A DNA stretch of 15,065 nucleotides from Candidatus Heimdallarchaeota archaeon B3_Heim (GTDB lineage: Archaea > Asgardarchaeota > Heimdallarchaeia > Hodarchaeales > Hodarchaeaceae): NCBI GenBank assembly GCA_003144275.1, contig NJBF01000060.1:1-15065 (forward strand). Reading direction: 5' to 3'. The translations under genes were made by a program, and so were the position numbers. Positions 1 to 6,450 of the stretch are shown here, piece after piece. Each line of letters opens with the position of its first letter. Position 1 is the stretch's first letter. The notes under the pieces were generated by a model. That model searched no databases and was not told the origin of the DNA. It worked only from the letters and a program-made list of their open reading frames with translations.

Positions 1-116
1 ATTTATCGGTTAGCGCGTGGCTGCCTGGCAGTACCCTTCTGGATAACCCGTACACTAGAGGCCCCCATACCCTGTTCCTCTCGTACTGAGGGCACGTTCC
101 TCTCACGAATCCAACA
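1..116 (-). repeat. 23S-rRNA-derived repeat, copy R0 (long type, cut by window edge)
   Basis: Nearly identical to 3715-3825 and 12620-12734. Reverse complement reads TGTTGGATTCGTGAGAGGAACGTGCCCTCAGTACGAGAGGAACAGGG; the sarcin-ricin loop is at 74-87. Confidence 0.92.
1..116 (-). rRNA. Partial 23S rRNA fragment (H94-H96, sarcin-ricin loop); not a full gene
   Basis: AGTACGAGAGGAAC followed by CTAGTGTACGGGTT...CTGCCAGGCAGC matches the LSU rRNA domain VI pattern. Protein genes lie directly upstream instead of domain V. Confidence 0.75.
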
Positions 117-139
117 CTGCTTCAAATATAGAATAAATA

Positions 140-544
140 TCATTTAATAACTTGGAATCCCGCTTGTTCGAAATGTGAATCATATGTAAAGGCAGTATTC
201 ATTCTTAAAGTATGCATAACAACAAAACTTGTACAATCAGTAAAGCTAAAGATTTTGTCCTGATGTTCCTTAAATAAATTCCATGCTTTTTCTTCCAATG
301 CCTCTAATATCCAGACAATTCGGATATTAGGAGAGTGTCTGATAGAATCCCCAATTCGGATAATCTCCTCATGACCCACTCTTCCCCGCAGCAGGGTATA
401 AAGTTCATCAAGGATATAATTAGTGGTTATCATCTTCCCATATCTGCCCTCTCTAATGTGATTTTCAATGACGAGGGCAGAAGAATTATTGATATCATTC
501 GTCACTTTCGAAGCATAAAAAGCCCCAGTATCGATAAAAATCAT
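140..544 (-). CDS. vapC: PIN-domain VapC toxin (COG2402 / VapC20-like)
   Basis: MIFIDT N-terminus, TTNYILDELYTLL, FSFTDCTSFVVM and AFTYDSHFEQAGF are PIN acidic motifs. GGTGA SD-like site upstream; lies downstream of a small antitoxin-like gene. Confidence 0.92.
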   Translation of the reverse strand: MIFIDTGAFYASKVTNDINNSSALVIENHIREGRYGKMITTNYILDELYTLLRGRVGHEEIIRIGDSIRHSPNIRIVWILEALEEKAWNLFKEHQDKIFSFTDCTSFVVMHTLRMNTAFTYDSHFEQAGFQVIK

Positions 545-581
545 TTAGCTCACCCTAATAAACTCCTAAATTAGATACACA

Positions 582-824
582 CTAGCTTGTCCTGTAAAGA
601 ATCTGGTCGACTTCTTGAGAGGCGTTTTCATTGTCTACTAGAGATTTAGTTTTAAGAGAAAAATAAGGATCATCAGCTACAACTTTATCACTTTTGAGAA
701 GAGCTAGAATTGCTTGTTTAACTGCTTCCTTGAGAGAAAGGTTATGTTGAGTCGCATAATCCCGAAGAATGGCATGCTCTTCAGGGGAAAGAGTAGTTTG
801 AACAACTTTTTCACGAGAGGTCAT
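582..824 (-). CDS. vapB: Ribbon-helix-helix/CopG-like antitoxin
   Basis: 80 aa, beta-strand then two helices (VVQTTLSPEEHAILRDYATQHNLSLKEAVKQAI) with an acidic C-terminus, directly upstream of vapC. Confidence 0.75.
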   Translation of the reverse strand: MTSREKVVQTTLSPEEHAILRDYATQHNLSLKEAVKQAILALLKSDKVVADDPYFSLKTKSLVDNENASQEVDQILYRTS

Positions 825-828
825 TTTA

Positions 829-853
829 CATGTCTCATATTACATGAGATATG
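829..853. promoter_or_regulatory. Inverted-repeat operator upstream of the antitoxin (putative TA autoregulation)
   Basis: CATGTCTCAT-ATTAC-ATGAGATATG (9/10 arm match), TTATAA at 860-865, extra half-site TGAGACAT at 897-904. Confidence 0.55.
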
Positions 854-935
854 ATGCACTTATAAATGTGATCAATTTTATCCGACAAAGCAATGGTGAG
901 ACATAAGACCAGAAGCCATTCATAAGGAAAGATGT

Positions 936-1919
936 GTGGAAATGGTAAAAATTCCAAAACTTGTAATGGAATGGCTGTTGGAGGAGAGTAATCCCTCGAT
1001 ACGGTATCGCACAATGCTAGAATTGCAGAATCTCCCAAATACTAGTGATAAGATCAAAGAAGCCAAAGAAGCGGTAATTGAGTATCCTGTGGTGCAAAAT
1101 ATTTTGAAAAAGATGCAGCCCGAAGGATATTGGGAGGTGAAAAAACGAGATGGCCGAGTACTAGGGGCAGGAGTGGAATATGCAGATTGGAGCACCACGC
1201 ATTATGTGTTGAGTTATTTAGTAGAACTAGGGGTAACAAAAGACAATCCCGAAGTGAAAAAGGCAGCAAATCGCTATCTATCCCTCCAACAACCAGACGG
1301 GGATTTCTGGAATCATTTTTCGTGTTTATATGGGGTAAATATTCGGACATTCATAAAATTGGGATTTCAAGAGGATCCACGGTTATTAAAGACGATTGAT
1401 TTACTAAAAACTATGATTCGCGAGGATCAAGGCTATTTGTGTGATATGCATAAAGGCAAACGGAAAACACGTCTGGTGAAAAGCTGTTATCGAGGCACCT
1501 TAAAAGTCCTACTTGCCCTCAGTGAACTCCAGCAGCTGTGGACAGAGTTGCATGCCAAACACTTAGTCAACTATTTTCTCGACCGGAATGTGCTATATAA
1601 AACAAAAAAACCTACTGAATTAGTGACGCGGGAAACAGGAAAGACTATCTTTCCCTTTTCCTACAGAGCAGGGCTTCTCGAAACCCTGTATGCCATAGCA
1701 AAAATGGGGTATGGGGAGGACTCACGGGTTCAAAACGCCTGGAACATTCTTCAGGACCATCGAACCTCTACTGGTCGATATATTCTGGACTGGACACCAG
1801 GTAAAACCACGAATCGGTATTTCTATCCTGGGAAAAAACAGGCAGAAAATAAATGGGTCACTTTCTATGCCTATTTGTGCCTGAAATATAAAGAAACGAG
1901 TAGTAAAAGAAATCCTTAG
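936..1919 (+). CDS. Prenyltransferase/squalene-cyclase-like repeat (alpha/alpha-barrel) protein, function unknown; ATG start likely at 942
   Basis: QW-like motifs MQPEGYW and LSLQQPDGDF in a helical repeat protein with C-terminal NKWVTFYAY. No DXDD cyclase motif seen. Confidence 0.6.
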   Translation: MEMVKIPKLVMEWLLEESNPSIRYRTMLELQNLPNTSDKIKEAKEAVIEYPVVQNILKKMQPEGYWEVKKRDGRVLGAGVEYADWSTTHYVLSYLVELGVTKDNPEVKKAANRYLSLQQPDGDFWNHFSCLYGVNIRTFIKLGFQEDPRLLKTIDLLKTMIREDQGYLCDMHKGKRKTRLVKSCYRGTLKVLLALSELQQLWTELHAKHLVNYFLDRNVLYKTKKPTELVTRETGKTIFPFSYRAGLLETLYAIAKMGYGEDSRVQNAWNILQDHRTSTGRYILDWTPGKTTNRYFYPGKKQAENKWVTFYAYLCLKYKETSSKRNP

Positions 1920-1925
1920 TAAAGC

Positions 1926-2098
1926 AAGACCACCAGACAGAAGAGCAGAATTTGTTTATACAACAACACAGATACGCTAGTAGACGCCTGAAGGCTATTT
2001 TCAAGAAAAAACGAGAGGACTGAAAATTTTTACATTAATCTAAGAAGATTAACCCGTGTGCGAGGAGTGGGAGGGTGTAACAAATACTGAACATGTCG
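1926..2098 (-). repeat. Repeat copy R1a (trailer plus extreme 23S 3' end)
   Basis: CCTGAAGGCT at 1987, ACGAGAGGACTG at 2011, CCCGTGTGCGA at 2053, CTGAACATGTCG ending at 2098. Upstream AAGACCA...CAGAATTT...ACAACACA..CGCTA is shared with R2. Confidence 0.9.
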
Positions 2099-2130
2099 GG
2101 AGAGACATGGATTACCTATCCTGTTACTTA

Positions 2131-2334
2131 TCATTCAACACATTTCTCTGTTCTTTCTCTATTTTGTGGTTTTGAAGCACGTCGAAAATGAAATAGCAAT
2201 GAATAAACTCCACCTATAATAACGATTACCCACCCCCAATAGAAAAAAATGTCTTCTGACAGTCCAAGAGCATTCTGATTTTCTAGTTCAAGGGCCTCTT
2301 GTATGCTGCAATCGTATTGTAAACGGGATTTCTT
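2131..2334 (-). pseudogene. Startless 3' remnant of a membrane-anchored protein gene
   Basis: Open frame without Met: ...SEDIFFYWGWVIVIIGGVYSLLFHFRRASKPQNRERTEKCVE*, a TM helix plus basic tail. Its 5' end runs into repeat R1b. Confidence 0.45.
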
Positions 2335-2387
2335 TTAAGAAACATCCCAGCACTCGTTTACCATCTCATGGTTATCGTCGCCAATCC
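2322..2387 (-). repeat. Repeat copy R1b (internal 23S H100/ES39 segment)
   Basis: AACGGGAT...ATCCCAGCACTCGTTTACCATCTCATGGTTATCGTCGCCAATCC matches 12491-12547 and 3573-3629. Confidence 0.88.
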
Positions 2388-2393
2388 GTAATC

Positions 2394-2425
2394 AAAAACT
2401 ATATATAGAAGTATACAAGTATACT
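2394..2425 (+). promoter_or_regulatory. BRE/TATA-like promoter with palindromic operator for the second TA operon
   Basis: AAAAA-C-TATATATA (2394-2407) followed by AGTATAC-AA-GTATACT (2410-2425). Confidence 0.55.
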
Positions 2426-2458
2426 AGTAAAGAGCGGAAGAAGTATTCTGGGATTAAA

Positions 2459-2746
2459 ATGACAGAGAAAGTTTCATTCTATGCAGACGAGAAAGCATGG
2501 GAAAGATTTAAAGATCAAGTTTATCGGTCTAGCGGAACCACACGAGCACTCAGTACTGAACTAAATAAACTTATTGAGGATAAAACATTAATTAAACTGG
2601 AAACACAATTAAAGGGATTAATACCAACCGAAGAGAAGTCCTCTTTCACTCTAGAAGAGATAAAAAAAGAAAGACCTACTCCTCCGGAAAAAGCAGAAAA
2701 CTTAATTCGCAAAATGAGGTCTGGGAATGCAGGTATATCTGGATAG
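2459..2746 (+). CDS. vapB: Putative antitoxin (RHH-like N-terminus)
   Basis: 95 aa, KVSFYADEKAWERFK strand-helix start, overlaps the downstream PIN gene by 20 bp. Confidence 0.7.
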   Translation: MTEKVSFYADEKAWERFKDQVYRSSGTTRALSTELNKLIEDKTLIKLETQLKGLIPTEEKSSFTLEEIKKERPTPPEKAENLIRKMRSGNAGISG

Positions 2747-3212
2747 TTCCATGATTGTTAAACGCTATATACAAGAGGAAGGAACCTCCTTTGCTGATTT
2801 CATTTATGAACAAGCAAATCAAGGGTACTTAACTATAACCTACAACCTTTTGAACATAGGAGAAGTATTGGGAGTATTCGACCAGTACTTAAACCGAAAA
2901 TGGATAACGAAAGACTCATTTGATGTACTTATAGCAAAATTTATTGATGAAATGCTACGACTTTTGCGCTTAGACAGGTTAATTATCATTCCAACCCATA
3001 GCACTCTCCAAATGGAGGCCTGGCCATTCATCTTAGAAAATCGCTTGTATATTGCTGATGCACTTCAATTAACAAGTGCATTGTATGTTAATACCCGATT
3101 ATTTGTCTCAGGGGATAAGGAATTAAACACAGTGGCACAGAAAAGCAATTTAGAGATATATCTCCCTACAAAGGAGAAAGAGATTATCCAAATGATAAGA
3201 AAACAAAGATAA
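2727..3212 (+). CDS. vapC: PIN-domain VapC toxin
   Basis: VYLDSSMIVKRY, NIGEVLGV, LYIADALQLTSA and FVSGDKEL PIN motifs. Confidence 0.9.
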   Translation: MQVYLDSSMIVKRYIQEEGTSFADFIYEQANQGYLTITYNLLNIGEVLGVFDQYLNRKWITKDSFDVLIAKFIDEMLRLLRLDRLIIIPTHSTLQMEAWPFILENRLYIADALQLTSALYVNTRLFVSGDKELNTVAQKSNLEIYLPTKEKEIIQMIRKQR

Positions 3213-3365
3213 GCCAGTAATAATGGTCGCCAACAATCTATTTTTCCTGAAGTGCCGTGAAACAGGAGGTACTCATTCTTGGACATTACAGGAGTTATCT
3301 TTAGACGAAACCGTCTTATCTAGAGAGATACATGAGAAAACTGCTCTTTCTAACAAAAATTAAGG

Positions 3366-3825
3366 AAGACCACAGGACATGAGATCAGAATTTTCTCAAG
3401 AAAACAACACATATCCGCTAATTGAATCCTGAAGGCTGTTTTTCTAAAAAAACGAGAGGACTGAAAATTTCCACATTTCTTCTAAGAAAGAGCCCGTGTG
3501 CGATTAGTAGCAGCTGACTGAACATGTCGATCGAAACCTCCACGCGTATTTCCAGTAGAAAATTGCTCTATCAACGGGATGTTCTATCCTAGCACTCGTT
3601 TACCGTTTCATGGTTATCATCGCCAATCCCCATGGCTTAACGCTGATGACAAAATGGATTCGTCTTTTCGAGGTCCGTTTCGTGCTTTTTCTTAAAGAAA
3701 GCATTCAGCACTTATCTATTAGCGCGTGGCTGCTGGGCAGTACCCTTCCTGATTGCCCGTACACTAGAGGCGCCCATACCCTGTTCCTCTCGTACTAAGG
3801 GCACGTTCCTCTCACGAATCCAACA
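3366..3825 (-). repeat. Repeat copy R2 (full length: 23S domain VI plus trailer)
   Basis: CCTGAAGGCT at 3428, ACGAGAGGACTG at 3452, rRNA-homologous part about 3490-3825, sarcin-ricin loop at 3783-3796. Confidence 0.95.
3490..3825 (-). rRNA. Partial 23S rRNA domain VI pseudo-copy (disrupted in H97)
   Basis: Reverse complement contains the SRL, GATAAGTGCTGAATGC, GTTGATAGAGC and GCTACTAATCGC as in LSU 3' ends. The conserved GCATCTAAG is replaced by a palindrome at 3688-3700. Confidence 0.75.
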
Positions 3826-3930
3826 AGGCCAATCTCCGAAAAATAGGTGAAATCAGAACTCTCAGAAGATCGGGTCAATATCAACAAATGAGTTTTACAC
3901 AACATGTATCTACACGATCAAAAATTGAGA

Positions 3931-4611
3931 TTAGTTAAAGATGGAGTATAATTTTACCCCATCCATTAAGATTAAAATTCCTAAAACGAGTAAAATAATA
4001 GCTAATCCTCTTTGTATCCAAAAGCTATATTTCATCCATCTTGCTAAGGTTGCTGATTTCACTTCAGTCCCTAATGCTCCTAAGACAATAAAAGGCAAGC
4101 CAAGACCAAAAGAATAAAGACAAAGAAGTATATATCCATAGACGAATTCACCTTGAATGGAGATCATCGTAAGAATAACTGAAATCATGGGTGTCATGCA
4201 AGGTATCCATGCCAAACCTGATATAAGTCCAAAAATACCGAACCCGATAATATTAAAGTTCTCAAAAACGCTCTTCAAAATCTCGGACTTGTTAAACTTT
4301 GATGTTCCAAAATCGAATCCAATTAATAGACCAAGAGCGAGTATGACAATTATAAACCCAGCAGAAATCCGAAATATGGGAAGAGAGAGGATTGTTTCAG
4401 GGAAAAGGGAAAGAATGAAATTATAACTCGAAAAAGTCAGGGTTAATCCTAAGGTATACAATACACCAGCCAAAACCCCTTTTCTTCGATCGATATTGTC
4501 GTTTGCTAATAGATACGAAATAAATATTGGGATTATAGCAAGGTGACACGGGCCTAGAAATGAAACAGCTCCCAGAGCGAAGGCGACGGGAATTAAAACT
4601 AGGTCGACCAT
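3931..4611 (-). CDS. ccdA: CcdA/DsbD-type transmembrane thiol-redox protein
   Basis: About six TM helices with SFLGPCHLAIIP and WIPCMTPMIS Cys-Pro motifs and YSFGLGLPF. Confidence 0.88.
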   Translation of the reverse strand: MVDLVLIPVAFALGAVSFLGPCHLAIIPIFISYLLANDNIDRRKGVLAGVLYTLGLTLTFSSYNFILSLFPETILSLPIFRISAGFIIVILALGLLIGFDFGTSKFNKSEILKSVFENFNIIGFGIFGLISGLAWIPCMTPMISVILTMISIQGEFVYGYILLCLYSFGLGLPFIVLGALGTEVKSATLARWMKYSFWIQRGLAIILLVLGILILMDGVKLYSIFN

Positions 4612-4613
4612 GG

Positions 4614-4931
4614 TTATTCTCTCTCTTTCATAATTATCTCAGGAGAAAGATTTAGAACCAACTTCTTTCTCAAAAATCCACCTAGCTTGATCTTAAATTC
4701 ATTAAGGTCTCTGTAAATGTCCAAAACTTCATTCTCAATTATGATCGGAATCTTGTGAATTTTCTCTAATGTGACGTTTTCTTGGTTTTGAAAATCATCC
4801 AGTTGAGAAAGGGGAATTATATTGATTTCCGGTTCCACAACAAAGCTACAACAACTCTCCGTTTTTTTAAGACGAATTAACATTCCATGGTTAGAGGGAA
4901 TTTTCTCTATCACTTTTTGATCTATTTCCAT
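4614..4931 (-). CDS. Small CC-motif protein (possibly HesB/IscA-like fold), function unknown
   Basis: 105 aa with ESCCSF, 2 bp from ccdA, same operon. Confidence 0.55.
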   Translation of the reverse strand: MEIDQKVIEKIPSNHGMLIRLKKTESCCSFVVEPEINIIPLSQLDDFQNQENVTLEKIHKIPIIIENEVLDIYRDLNEFKIKLGGFLRKKLVLNLSPEIIMKERE

Positions 4932-4955
4932 AGTCTGATCACGTGAATTTATGTC

Positions 4956-5660
4956 TCAGCTATTTTTCCGTTTGAGAATAATAAGAAAAATACAGATTAT
5001 ACTCCCCGTTAATCCCCAGGATAAATCTGTAGATTGAATAGATGTCGAAGGCGTCAATTGAGTCATGAGTTCTCCAGTATAATTGTCATTAGAATTTATT
5101 ATCAGCTTAAAGGAAAGAGCAATCCCCTCATAGTTAAAGATAATTTCGGAGTTATATGCTCCATTGCTATGGGTAAGTACGAAAGTGTCATTAGTCTCAG
5201 ATACGAGTGTAAAGTTCTTCCACCCCCAATCTTGTAATTGATACACAAGTGGTTTATAGGCATTACAACAGGCTCTAAAGACGTATTTAGGGATGATAAG
5301 TGGAGGAATTAATGAGAAAGGTGGTTCTTCATTCGCATATAGAATTGTACAATCCATATTACCATAGTACCCGTTATCTACTGCATCTGGTAATTTACCA
5401 ATAATAGCAATTATAACACTGCTTACTTCAAAGGAGAGAAATTCATCTCCATTTACACTAGTAATCTGGTAGCTAAGATTATCACCTTTCCTAAGATGAG
5501 GACTCCATTCTACTGGATAGGCCCCATTCGGAAAAGTGGTTTCACCTAAAGCTAGAGTATCTGGTGCCATTAGTGAGAATAATTGGAGCAGAATAATAAA
5601 CGCAAAAAGAAGAGAAAAATCTGTCCAGAAAATCTTCTTAACGGTATTTTCCTTCACCAA
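4956..5660 (-). CDS. Secreted/cell-surface protein with C-terminal membrane anchor
   Basis: N-terminal hydrophobic signal, Ser/Thr linker, C-terminal TM plus KRKNS tail, internal CC. Confidence 0.7.
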   Translation of the reverse strand: MVKENTVKKIFWTDFSLLFAFIILLQLFSLMAPDTLALGETTFPNGAYPVEWSPHLRKGDNLSYQITSVNGDEFLSFEVSSVIIAIIGKLPDAVDNGYYGNMDCTILYANEEPPFSLIPPLIIPKYVFRACCNAYKPLVYQLQDWGWKNFTLVSETNDTFVLTHSNGAYNSEIIFNYEGIALSFKLIINSNDNYTGELMTQLTPSTSIQSTDLSWGLTGSIICIFLIILKRKNS

Positions 5661-5739
5661 TCTTTTCCACCATTGATTATTTGTTTAAACAAAGATGAAA
5701 ACCCATGTTTTGAGGAGCTATATTAATACTTTGATATAT

Positions 5740-5753
5740 GTCGATGTATCGAC
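5740..5753. promoter_or_regulatory. Palindromic operator, second copy of the putative ArsR site
   Basis: GTCGAT-GT-ATCGAC. 5741-5752 is the exact reverse complement of TCGATACATCGA at 7900-7911. Confidence 0.55.
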
Positions 5754-5863
5754 CTTTCCGCATTCAAACAGAAAGGAAAATTGATAAATCTGGACGAGGC
5801 AAGATGGGTTAATACCCATTTGACAATGAACTTTTCTGGGTCTTTATATGAAAGATGTCTGAA

Positions 5864-6133
5864 TTATAATACATCACCAATTGGTAATGTTTTTCCAAGG
5901 AGCTTAAGGAGAGTTTGTTCTAGTAAGAAAACTGGGATGGATTCTCCATTGATCACAACCGTTTGGCCTCCAACACCAAGTTTGTGAGCACGGGAAGAAT
6001 CTGAGGTTAAGCTTTCTATTTCCAAGTAGTCTTTATACTTCATTAGGATATCCCACACATTGTCAATCCATGTTGCAAATGAACAACCGCATACTCCTAC
6101 TGGGGAAAACACCTCGACTTTGGGCTTCTTCAT
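5864..6133 (-). CDS. Small thioredoxin-fold protein (CxC motif)
   Basis: KVEVFSPVGVCGCSF...TVVINGE pattern, adjacent to a second thioredoxin-fold gene. Confidence 0.65.
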   Translation of the reverse strand: MKKPKVEVFSPVGVCGCSFATWIDNVWDILMKYKDYLEIESLTSDSSRAHKLGVGGQTVVINGESIPVFLLEQTLLKLLGKTLPIGDVL

Positions 6134-6150
6134 TTTGAGTTCACTAATAT

Positions 6151-6399
6151 CTATTCAGATTCTTGAAGCAATGCTACAAGCTTGTTTACTGGGAGATAGC
6201 GTCCAGAAAGAACAACTTTTCCATCCACAGCTAAAGCCGGAGTAGCGGAAATTCCCCTTTGGATCACATCCGCCATATCAGTGTTATAAAGAATTTTTAC
6301 GTGTGTCCAACCTAGCTTTTCTACTGCTTCTTCGGCGCTCTTTTTTAATGCTTTACATTTAGCACATCCAGGTCCGAAGACTTCTATTTCCTTTATCAT
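6151..6399 (-). CDS. MTH895/ArsE-type redox-active disulfide protein (thioredoxin family)
   Basis: IEVFGPGCAKC CxxC motif and GISATPALAVDGKVVLSGR; typical neighbour of DUF318 permeases. Confidence 0.88.
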   Translation of the reverse strand: MIKEIEVFGPGCAKCKALKKSAEEAVEKLGWTHVKILYNTDMADVIQRGISATPALAVDGKVVLSGRYLPVNKLVALLQESE

Positions 6400-6450
6400 A
6401 TTTATTTACACCTTCAAAATTTTCAATGTATAGTCTAATTGTTTCTACTC

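Noticed and set aside
935-946. Inverted 12-bp match (TGTGGAAATGGT) to the R5 trailer
   Set aside because: A few such matches are expected by chance given the total repeat length, it overlaps a start codon, and there are no neighbouring boxes.
3610-3798. 62-aa ORF ending PYTRGAHTLFLSY
   Set aside because: Antisense to the 23S fragment. Its similarity to ORF 12414-12707 only reflects the repeat.
3490-3825. Functional or naturally split 23S rRNA gene
   Set aside because: Conserved H97 bases are overwritten in R2, the H101 region is altered in R5, and no other rRNA parts are nearby. A functional role for R5 cannot be fully excluded without RNA data.
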